In this document: piece by piece, positions 1 through 11,274 of the stretch | Layout of the letters: each line of letters opens with the position of its first letter | How positions within the stretch are numbered: the first letter of the stretch is position 1 | Assembly (NCBI GenBank): GCA_964057225.1 | Contig: OZ059897.1 | Location: forward strand, 13,826,001 to 13,890,000 | From: Auanema rhodensis | Lineage: Eukaryota > Animalia > Nematoda | DNA: 64,000 nucleotides | Reading direction: 5' to 3' | Translations under genes and position numbers: made by a program | The notes under the pieces: model-generated | The model's database searches: none | What the model was told of the DNA's origin: nothing | The model's input: only the letters and a program-made list of their open reading frames with translations

Positions 1-402
1 AAAAAGGAATGTATTTTTCCCTGTATACTTCCCGAATGACCGATTGATCGGATGTGAAAAAATACAATTTACTATATTTTGTTTTGTTTTCTTTAATTTT
101 CAGTACGAAAAAATAACACGATATTGTTGATGAAAACAAAATCGTTTGTATAGTACGATTGAAAAAAAAAGTTGTATTTCTTCTAAAATGTGAATGCGCA
201 AGATTTTCTTCTTTTCATGACAATGGTACTTAAATGTAGTACAAAGTACATATTAAAATCTGTAGGAAAATTGACAATGACATGTGTATAACAAATTATC
301 TATCTATTCTGAATCCTTAATATGAGTATACAGCTTTTTCTTCGGCTAATATGCTTTGAAAGAAATAATTACTATGCAAAGAGTTAAATTTCTTTATTAT
401 AG

Positions 403-582
403 ACTCGATGTCGTTCATGTGATGCCCCTGAGCGAAGCAGACACAACTCACTGATACCTGGAGATAAAGTACGTCCACGAGAAGCTTCCAGAAGAAGAAT
501 ATCTGTAAATGATGATAATGAAATGGAAACCACAGCTCAATTTATTGAACGAATACGTCAAGAACTGATAGCTCAACTATAA
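403..582 (+). CDS. Terminal exon of an unidentified gene entering from the left edge
   Basis: Acceptor ttatag at 397-402, then 60 codons (TRCRSCDAPERSRHNS...QFIERIRQELIAQL*) ending TAA at 580-582. No family recognised. Confidence 0.55.
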   Translation, partial: TRCRSCDAPERSRHNSLIPGDKVRPREASRRRISVNDDNEMETTAQFIERIRQELIAQL

Positions 583-624
583 TATTTTTTTCGTAGATAT
601 TTATCGCTATACATATTTATATAC

Positions 625-659
<35 letters not shown>

Positions 660-2359
660 TGTATATACAATATATTTTTTGTCAGAATATTTCCATTATA
701 ATGGATTCTTTTTTGTTTGGCTTTACCAATTGATGCTGGCTTATGGTATATTCCTCATTACTTACTTATCTTTCACAAAAGCACGTGTAGAAATTTGGTG
801 AAAGAATTATCAGTCACATCTCGTGATATTTCATAAAATATACGCAACCTTCTGTACTTTTATAATACAATTAATTGTTCGTTTGACCGATAGTAATAAA
901 TCATATTCTTGAGTTAAGCATGCAGTTGGTAAAAATTTCAAAAGATTAATAGTCTAATTAGAAACGCCGTTGCTGTTAGTGAATGAGAAGCAACCGCTCG
1001 TGGTGTGCATTTACCTTGAAATGATTTTATGTTGGCACCACGTGACGCAAATAGCTTTGAAAGATCAAAAGAATAATCACTGATTTTATGTTATCTATAA
1101 AGACTAAAAGGAATTTCCTATATTTCAATATTATCAAACATCAAGTGTCCAAATGTGCCAGATGAAGTTTAAAAGATTGTTTCAGATTTTCTGCTTCAGC
1201 TTCCAATTTATCTCAATTAAATCAAGAAGAACAAATATTAAGATCAGAAATCAAATAAAAATTTGTTTTTTTTAGTGATCGATGTTTATTATATACAGTA
1301 GTTTTAAAGAAAACATCTTCACGAATTCATTTACTATATGAAAAGTATAGGTTTTTTTATTTAATATTTTGGTTTCTAGCTATGGGATAAAATACACGTT
1401 GCTTGAAAAAATACAGTCCAACTTATTTTATACAGAAAACTAAGTATCCTTTAACGAACCACTAGAACTTTGAGCGTTCGAAGGAATACAAAATTTATCC
1501 AACTTAATCAGCTGTTATATGAGGATACTGAAAGCTGAAAAATAATATTCAACAAAACCTGATACCATCACAAAACTACAACCGAGATCGTCAGAACTGA
1601 AACTTTTGCACAATTTAAAAATAGGGAAGAATATAATTTTTGAAAAGTGCTTGAACATTAAATTTTAAAAATTTCCCGGGGTTTAAAATAATTTTCGTTA
1701 GTTCAGTGAACACGCTCACTTTAGTTTATTGTTATTATTTATAATGAACAAAGTGCCAATAACCTTATGAAGATGCTATTGGAATTTAACCTACTAAACA
1801 GTTACTTGGATCGATTTGCCAAGAGCATAACAGTTGGTTGACCCGCTGCTAATGGCATACTGCCTTGGCTCCCATAAAATCAATACCAAGCGAATTATCT
1901 TAACATTTGGTTATACGGCATTGTTTTCACGAGCAGTGTGGTGTTTCTGTTTTTTATTTCCTTTTTTAAATAAATTTGTTATAGTTTTCTTACGTTTTCT
2001 CATGTCAATTATTATTGATATTTTGTATACCGTAAAAATAGTATTTTATTTGCTGTAATTGCTAAGCAAGTACAACTTTCTATAAATAAAAAAAACGTAT
2101 TTCAAAATAATATTGAAATTTATTCAATTATTATCAGCCTGAAAGTATTTTTTAATTTTTTATTTAAACAGTACAACATATGCATGAATATATAGTTTTT
2201 TGTCCTGAAATTTAGCCATCTCTGATTCAAACAGCTTCTTGAAAAAATATATTTATATACTATATTCATAAACGTTTATTTTCAAAATTCTTCATCACTT
2301 TTTAGCTTGAAACAACTCAAAACAGCTTAACATAGTTAAATATATATTTTATTAAAACG

Positions 2360-2424
2360 TTCCCGCCAAATGACGTTTGCTTGGAAAAATCGTGCTAGGA
2401 GTAATTTTTGGCGTTAGTTTGAAA
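2360..2424. promoter_or_regulatory. E2F / CDE-CHR-like (DREAM-type) elements upstream of aly
   Basis: TTCCCGCCAAA at 2360-2370, and TTTGGCG-ttag-TTTGAAA at 2407-2424, about 260-320 bp upstream of the aly ATG in very AT-rich DNA. Confidence 0.45.
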
Positions 2425-2682
2425 AGGTTTTCGAAAGGTTTTTTATGTTCGATATTTGTAATGGTATATATTTATTTTACATATATTATTTTTACTATTT
2501 ATTGTTTATTATTAGTTTTATTTTTATGAGCATCTTGAAATTTAAAAATATAGTTTTACACATTTTTTGCCCACCAATATGCAATACGTGGGCTTTTCTG
2601 AGGTTTTTAATTTTATAATTTTTCTTTTATAATATGAACAATAATTTGATGCTGCTCTTTTATAATTAATTAAAATTGCAGA

Positions 2683-3806
2683 ATGACTACTGTTAATATG
2701 TCTTTAGACGAAATTATTCGTAAATCTAAAGTCAATCGTTCTGGTGGAGGTGGTGGCAGTGGAAAGAAGAAGGTAATTAAAGTAAATTACATTATATTAT
2801 TACATATAAATATTTCTAATTACAGAGTTTTGGACAGAATAATAGGGAAAGAGGAGGACGTAGCTTCCCTACAGCCGCTAGCAGAGTAAGGATAAAATGA
2901 TTTTTTGATAGCAATTGTGTGTTCGCCAGGGAAGTGGAATTGAAGGAAAATGGAAGCATGATTTATTCCATGAGATGCAAACTATTGAACGAGTCGAAAG
3001 AAAAGCTCGTGCTCCAAAGGTGATATTTGTAAACAGTAATATTTCTTTATGTTTTATACTACAGGTTTTCAACAAAGTTGCTGCTGTTGGAAAAGATGCT
3101 AGAATAAGCATCACAAATTTGCCACAAGATATTTCTGATTTAGATTTGGAGGTTCGTGTAGTCGTACTTATATAAAAAGTTCTTTCTATTATAGGAAATG
3201 TTCCAACCTTTCAATTTCAATAAAGTTCAAGTTAACTATAATGCTGAGGGACTATCTTTGGGAACTGCTGACGTTTTCTTTGACAGAGCATCTGATGCTA
3301 ATCGCGCTATGAAAGAGTTTTCTGGAGCTTCGATAGATGGTACTGTTTGGTAATGAATTAACACCACTATAAAAGTGTTTTGTAGGAGTTCCTTTGAAAA
3401 TGGCTATCCTCTCAGAAGGAGTAGTCGGAGGAACAAGCATTTCCGAGAGACTCTCTTTACCTAAAACTACCCAGAGAGTAAGTGGCGGATTCCGCGCCGC
3501 TAAAAGCCTTCGTTCACCAATGAATGGAAGAATTAATAAGGTTTTAATCTGTTTTCAATGTTAACCAAGGTATTTGTTTAGAAGAGTAAGCGTACAAGCG
3601 GAAGTTCTGGTGGAAATAAGGCTGGCCGATTTTTGGATCGTTTGGCTGATGATCACGATTTCCAGCGGTTTGTTTTAATATTAGGATAGTTGTATGTATA
3701 TTGTTTCAGCGAAGAACGCGGTGCTAAAAAGTTAGCAGACTTGGATCGTGAGCTCGATGAGTACATGTCACATAATAAGAAAGGTTCCACTAAGATGGAG
3801 GAATAA
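2683..3806 (+). CDS. aly: ALYREF/THOC4 family mRNA export adaptor (multi-exon)
   Basis: N-terminal UBM MSLDEII; WxHD motif (GKWKHDLF); RRM (ISITNLPQDISDLDLE...GLSLGTADVFF); C-terminal UBM ADLDRELDEYM; TAA at 3804-3806. Acceptor ttgcag lies 1 nt before the ATG. Confidence 0.92.
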
Positions 3807-4001
3807 TTATGTAATGTTAATATTCTTTTATTTCTTGATAATTGTTTTCTATTCTCATTGTTCCTTGAGCACCATTCTTTATTCTATTTTGATAACCTCA
3901 GGTTCGATGTTCATTTCCCTATAATTGTTGTGCAACCTTTATTTTTCAAATAATGGTAAAGCGTATGTTGTTGCATTCTTATTTGACGAATAAATAAATA
4001 A

Positions 4002-5241
4002 TTAAAATACATTCAATATTATGATGAGAATCATTGGTGAAATAATCAGAAATGTATAAGCAGATTTCAAGTAGGGAGCTACTACTTCATAAGGGATCCT
4101 CTCTGAGTGAAGATTAGTATCCATTGACTCTCTTACACTGAAGCGGGCCTGAAATAAATTTATTTAGATCATAAACAAATGTGGCCGAAAGGTGATGAAA
4201 CCATCGATGACTACTTTAGGATTAGTAGATGAAGGATGTATTGTGCTCGAGAAAAGCTTGATATAAATGTCAAGAAAATCCATTACCTCGAAATTTTTGA
4301 TTGTGTTTTCGTTAATGCGAGAAGCATTACATATATATTCGCCATCATGAATAGCTGGATTATAGTTGATGATCAGAATATCGCTATTGAGTGGAGCTGG
4401 TAAATCGCTCAACTAAATTAAGAAAAATGTATATTTCAAAGTTAAAATAACTTTATTTGTTACAGTTCGTATGAATGTTGTTCTGTTTTCTTGAATATTA
4501 CAGTCTAAGGCCGTTATATTTTCATAAAACAAACGGATAAAATATGAGCTGTTTGCTTGAGCATTTACAAAATCTCCATCAGTTATGTTAACATTCCAAG
4601 AGTCTAGGGGTGGCGCAGCTATAAAATTAAATACAGTAGTCAATATTAATTGATTGTTGAAAATATAAAAATTTTGCTAATTAAAAAAAAGGAAAATATT
4701 ACCAGATGTTGTTGCACTTGTGAGGGAATCGTCTATTTGAAGGTCAGTTTTAGCGCAAATGAAATCTTCGTACGCATAGCCATGATAACAACATTCATAT
4801 GAGCCTGTATCGTTTTCAGAAACCTGATTGAATCTGAGAAACAAATGCTATTATTTATTCTTTTCTACCACTAAACGTACAAAAGTGTTGAATTGTTGTT
4901 GACGAATGTAAGAAATTCGATGTCAAATGATTCAGAACCGTTTATTCTCCAAATCTGAAACAAACAAAGCAATGGATAATTGTTATGAACTTAAATAAAT
5001 CAGACTTTGATCCAACTTTGAAAAGATGAATTTGCCATGGTTTGTGGGTTGGTACAATTAATAAATAATGGCTCATCATTTGGAGTAGAATAAGTTTCTA
5101 AAAATTGATAACTGACAAAATTGATGAGGATATGATTATATTACGGGAGGCAATGGAAGGATTGTTTATAAATTGTTTAACATCGCCATCTAAAGAGTAA
5201 ATACCACAAACCAGAACTAAGCAAAATAAATGTCTGAACAT
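4002..5241 (-). CDS. Small cell-surface Ig-domain glycoprotein, probably GPI-anchored
   Basis: tttcag|ATG then signal peptide MFRHLFCLVLVCGIYS; Ig motifs IWRING, DTGSYEC and DGEYIC; many N-x-S/T sites. The last exon gives a hydrophobic tail (AYTFLIISPMILIIILNVF*); this junction is inferred. Confidence 0.75.
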
Positions 5242-6368
5242 CTGAAACAAAAATCAAAAGAATCTATGGCAATGAGGAAAATTCAAATATTCTCAGAGGT
5301 GCACCACATTGTATGAACAATAGACAGATGAATGAAGCTTTTTTCCCCAATACTTCATTTATGAAAATGTTGTAATAGAATTTAGTATAAACTCCGATTT
5401 TCTTATTCAAGAAAAGAACAACGAATAAACTCTGAAAATAGGGCGAAATCCTATCAAATTGAAGTCAAAATTGTAGTTTGTCCGCTGTATATTGTTGTAT
5501 ACATAATTTGTATGATATAAAATATTTCAAATTAGAAGTTAGTGAATATATATGGAGAGCTAAGAAAGTTACAACTAACAATCACCATTCAAAATTTTTC
5601 TAATGTTTGCGATGAAGATTCTATAAAAATATCAGAGATTAGTTATATAATGAACAATAGAGTTAAGCAGTGTTGCGGATTATATAAAGATTGGACAGGT
5701 AATTTGAAAGCAGAAAATATAAAAACTATACGTTGGTGAAAAGAAATATTTTAAAAATAAATGAAATAGTTTTAAATAATTTTTGGAAAGTTTACATATT
5801 TAATATGATTTGTATACTTGGAAGTTATTTCATTTAATATCAGAGATATGCCTATGAAGTATAATATAAGTATTGTTATATATATATATAATATGTTGAG
5901 ATTTTAAAAATATACTCTTTATAATCTACAAAATATACTTAGATTTACAAATTATTTTCATTGTTCACACTCAACTCGAGTATTTTGTGTTTTCACAACC
6001 GTTCTGTTCTGTGCTATGAAGTTCATTGATGCAAGTATTTTTGAAAGTTATAAAACTAATATTTTTCAGTTTAATCATATGTATATGTTTTGGGATAATG
6101 CAAGCTCACGTAGAAATGACGTGAAGTTCACGTTTTATGACCGACAGATAAGTTGGGTCATATTTCTAATAGTATCATTGGTAGTTTGTTCAGCATATAC
6201 CTGTTCTTATCATGACTGCTTATCAAGCTGAGGTACGAATCTTTCGAAGTTCATAAAGTGCTCAATATAATTGATATATTTCATAATAATAACCAATTGA
6301 TAAGTTTTTGTGTATCAACATGTTTTTAACGTTTTTTTTTAATTTTTAAAATTTTTGTATTTGTTCGT

Positions 6369-7791
6369 ATGATTCAGTCTGACACTATTGATTCAAACAC
6401 TTCTTGGTTCTCAAACTATTTCAAAGTTAGTTTCAATTAGCATTAATTTCGTTTATTTAAGTATGATTACAATAGATTTGTGGTTTATGCTGGTTTGTTT
6501 GTTGTCCACCGCTTCCTCATTATGCGGTGAAAAAAATAGCATTTCATCCACCACCCAAAGAAAGGTCATACAAAATAAAACTTAAAAATGATCCATGTTT
6601 AGTTGTGAGTAATGCTCAACAGGTATATACAGAAAATGAAAAATATGATTTGAATATTTATAAAGTATGTTTAGGCATTAAATTCTGAATTTGAAATCAT
6701 TCCAACTAAAGCTAGTCAAGAAACATTAGCTGATTATCGACATCCAACAAAGGTACAACTAGTGAAAATGATTATTATGACTCAAGTAGTATAGACCTTC
6801 GTAGTACGGACACAATTTAATAATTATGTAATAGGAGTGAAATGTAGCCCACCATCATATAATACTGCGACGAGGAACAAAGTATACTAAAACATTTTTT
6901 TTCTTATTTTATGTATCTTAGGTTATTTTATTTGCGCAGCCTAACTCATCAGATTTATGGGGATACTTACATCCAAATGGTGTGAGTTTGACAAAAATGG
7001 CTGAACTTTTTCAAGTTGATGTTTACGGCTTTGACTATTCGGGGTAATTTAAGCATTTCTTACTCAGAGGTACTGTAATTGATGCACTTTTAGATACGGT
7101 TGCTCTTCTGGTGAACCTAGTGAACAAGGTATTTATGCTGATATTCAAGCAATTTATGAGTTTATTCTAACGGATGAACCACATAAAGAGGTTTGAGATT
7201 ATTTTTTCATTTATAATTTAAAATAAACTATATTTTTATTTACCGTTCTTCAGGTTATTCTTCTCGGATACAGCATAGGAACAGCAGCTGTTGTTGATCT
7301 AGCTTCTAAGAATCCTTCGAAATTAACTGGAGCAATCTTGGTAGCTCCATTAACCAGTGCTTTTCGCTTGGTTAGAAATACTCCTTTTAAAGTTGGTACA
7401 TTTGGATTCGATTGTTTTAACAAGTTAGTTAATAATTTTCAACTATACCAATTATAAATTTTAAGTTATGAAAAAATAAAAAACGCGGATGTTCCTATAC
7501 TAATATGCCATGGAACAAACGATCTCCTCATAGCTTCTAGTCATGGAGAAGCTTTACATTCCCTACTACGCCATCCAGTACCTCCACTTCTGCTTTATGG
7601 AGCTGATCATCGAACAATTTTAAGTGGAATACATATACAAGTTTTCAAGCGGATTATTCAGTAAGAATTAAATTGAAACAATTCTTGATATAACTGTATC
7701 TTTATTATTTCTCAGATTTATCCGAATGGAAACGAAAAACGCATTAGCTATTGTTGAACAACCTACAGTAGAAAGTTTGAATGATCTCTGA
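6369..7791 (+). CDS. ABHD17-like alpha/beta hydrolase (depalmitoylase family, divergent paralog)
   Basis: N-terminal Cys cluster ICGLCWFVCCPPLP...KKIAFHPP; DYSGYGCSSGEPSE; nucleophile elbow GYSIG; HGTND; GADH; TGA at 7789-7791. Start codon is tentative. Confidence 0.88.
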
Positions 7792-8232
7792 ATATGAATT
7801 TTTAAAAATTTTATAGTCTATAAGAATAATAATGAAATTTTTATTTTTCATACTTGTATGTATTGGCCATAGTTTTTACATCTGAATTTTCTCGGAGAGG
7901 ATAAAATAGAATAGAAATCGAGAAAATGAAAAAAAAAGCTCTGAGAGAACACGTAGAAGTTGGAGGAAGATGCTAGCGACTACGAAAAATGGCACCTAAT
8001 ATACACAAAATAAGAAGGAAAGTGAAATTTGCCATAAATTTGTACAGAAAAGGTGGTACAAAAGCTATATAGTGGAGTGCTTAACTCACACTAAGCTCAA
8101 GTTGTGAAGAAAGAGAAAAATAAAGAATATAACATGATATAAAAGGACTGAAAACTGAAGAAAAAAGTTTGAAATACGAGAAAAAACATCTGGTAACCGG
8201 CCAGAAGCTTGGATTGCTTTTGTATGAAAGTT

Positions 8233-11200
8233 TTAATCAGTCCAGGCAGACAGATCAAGCTGGGGAATTGAAGCACATGAAACGGCTTGACTTCCTCTGT
8301 CGATAGTGAAAGCTTTAGGAACAATACGAGTCATGCTGAAAAAAAAATAATGTACAAACAGTTAAGATTTAAAGTTTACAGACCTGTCACCAGTATCACA
8401 TAATACCCAAGATAAAGTAATTTTCTTCAAGGCGGCCAACTGTTGAGGAGTGAAGGCCTCTGGATTTTCAAAGTAAAATCTAAAGAATTTAGAAATATGA
8501 AATATACAAGTCTTTTTCAATCGTAATACCTATCACCATCTCGAAGACGGACAAATTGTTCAGCAATGATACAAGCAAATGTGGGTCCTACCATACTTCC
8601 ATCAATAGGCTCTTCGAGAATTCCTCCAACATATAAGTCTACCTATAATTTGAAAATATTTAGAAATAAAAAAATAAATATAAATGTTTATATTTACATT
8701 ATCTGGATTGTTGGAATAGAGCTGAGCAACACGTTGACGAACACTAGGATTAGTTACCTCAGGCCACTCAAGTACAAAATGTTAAAGAGACCCAATATGG
8801 ATAAATTACCTCGGTGAAGTTTGTAACTGGACGAAGATTACATAGTTTTCTGTAGTCGTTGTATGGACGAAGACCATGATCTCTTCCTCTCTATTAATAA
8901 ATTATGGTAATAATTTATCTTAAAATGCTATACCTGAATATTGAAAGTAGCCATATCACCCATTCCATCGAACAATCGTTCTGTTACAGAGGTAGTAATT
9001 CTTTGTGGATTACGAGCAGGAGTAGCGATTAATCCTCTAGAAATATACTTTTCAAGGAGAATAATTGAAAAATGAACGTAATATACAACCATTCAATCAT
9101 CAACAAAATGAAAAATGATTTAAATTATGTGTTTAAAAATTAAAAGTGCTCATTCTGTTAGTTTACCTGTAGATGGCATCAATATCTCCCATAATTTGAG
9201 CAAAGTTATTGACCCCTCTAAGGAAAGGAGTGTTACCACTTTCTCTGAAGTTTGAATCAAGGAGTGGATAACTTTCCTGGAAAATAATTTTAGAAAACTT
9301 CGTTTACTGTAAAGGAAACCTGAATCATTCCATGAAGTCTATAAGCAGCAGTAGAAAATTCAGTGATAACAGATGGATTTATATTAGGTTGATATCTGTA
9401 TTTAAATTCAATTATATTCTATTCTATTAAGTTTTAAGAGAACTATGCCAAACAATTATTTGAAAAAAATTATAAGTTAAAATTATAATTACCCTCTGTA
9501 TGTTGGTACTAGACGAGAATGGAATGGTCCAATTAAGACTGGAAGAAATTCTTGGTAAGCAATAACCTTTACAAACAGTTATAACAATTTTACAAATGAG
9601 AATTTAAAACCTGAATGGTAGCTCCAATAATTTTACGAGTTTCTTGGAAAACACGATCTTGATTCCAATGTGGGTTCATGTTTTGCAGACGAGCAGCAAT
9701 ACTGTAATTCGAAATTTAAATTTAGAAGAATCAAGAGATTAAATTAAGATTCTTAATAAAATTTAGAAAAAAATTTTACTTATTGTGAAGACGAAGGAAT
9801 GATGTGTGAAGAGCAGCAAGACCAACAAATAATGGAGCTCTATCATCTCCTACAGACATGGAATTTCTTCCATTACCTGGTGGGAAAATTCTTCCGTTCA
9901 TAACCTTAATGTGATATGTATTATAGAATCCCAATACCAAGAAAACCTGAGTTCTAAGCATGGCACCCACACGAAGAGCACGAAGTGTAACTCCTTCAGA
10001 AGCATAGATCTACAACATATGCATTCAAAATGATTCTTGTATTACATATAGCTCACCAAACTGCCATCAATAAAAGCTGTGTTTAAGTTCAATTGTTCAC
10101 GCACACGATTAGGAACTCCAGTTCCACAGACAGGTGTTGATCTGGTGAATGGAATACATTGCCGTCCACTTAAAAAGAATGATGTAATACGAAATAGTGA
10201 AACGTGAAGCTATGAAAGGCACAATGGAACGAACCTTCTATCAGCAGCTGGGACAAGAACATTTCCGCATTTTGGACCGGCTGATTGACAATTACATGTG
10301 TTTATAAGAGAATTCTTTGTAACATCATGTGAAACAAACTGTAAAAGATGGAAGATATGCTTAACTAAATTAAGTATTACCTGGGCGAATTGCATCAACA
10401 TGCTGTTAGCATGACTATCAAGTGCACGAGATGAAGATAAGAGAAACATTGAAATTTCACGAGCATTAGGCCTATTTCTTCTGATTGTTGCTAAACATAG
10501 TCAAGATTATGTTAATGTTAAGGTTTTTTAAAACCAAATTTATCAGACAAATAACAATATAACTTACAAACTAAAGCATTGAAACCGTCATCATACCCAG
10601 CACTCAACATTCTGGTGAATGGGGTGAAAGATGCTCCAAGAATAGTATTTCTTAAATTGTTACATGTTCCATCAATGCTACGGAACTTCTTGTGATAGCA
10701 CATATTGACAGAACAGTCGGGACCGATTTGAGTTTCAGCGCATCCTAATTGGTTGAATCGTTTAGTAAGAGCATCAGCTCCGAAGACTTGGCGAGTTTCA
10801 ACTGAAGATGATCAGAATATTGAATAATAGTTCAAAGAAGGAAATGAATACCTTGAACTGCAGATATGGAAGCACATCCAGCAGGTACGCCAGATTCGTT
10901 TCTTCCAGGACGAGGAACTAAAATTTGCTTAATAAGATACTGAATGCGATGAATTTAAATCTTGCCTGGTTTGAAAGCAACTGTAGTTGTCTCGACATTT
11001 GGGGAGAAATCAGTATTGGAAGTACCGGAACAAGTATTACAAGATACTTGACAATTCTTTTTCATCCATTTTGGATTAATATTACATTCATTACGCTGTG
11101 CCCAGAAGGTACAAAACTGATGTCTATCACAACAATCAGATCTTCCAGCTATACACTTTGTTGGTTGTTGGGCAAACCCTAGATGTAGCTTTTTTTAAAA

Positions 11201-11274
11201 TCAAATTGGTTGAATGATAACTCACCAACACTAATACAAGAGATGAGGAGAAGACTAGCTAATGCCGGCCTCAT
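8233..11274 (-). CDS. ShK-domain animal heme peroxidase (skpo-like)
   Basis: Signal peptide [16 protein letters not shown]; ShK domain [17 protein letters not shown]...[13 protein letters not shown]; [10 protein letters not shown]; QFVSHD; GDDRA; NIQRGRDHG; [11 protein letters not shown]; ends LDLSAWTD*. Confidence 0.93.

Noticed and set aside
5536-6233. Exon-like segments upstream of the ABHD17-like gene
   Set aside because: Splice-like signals exist but I could not build a convincing protein; may be UTR exons or noise.
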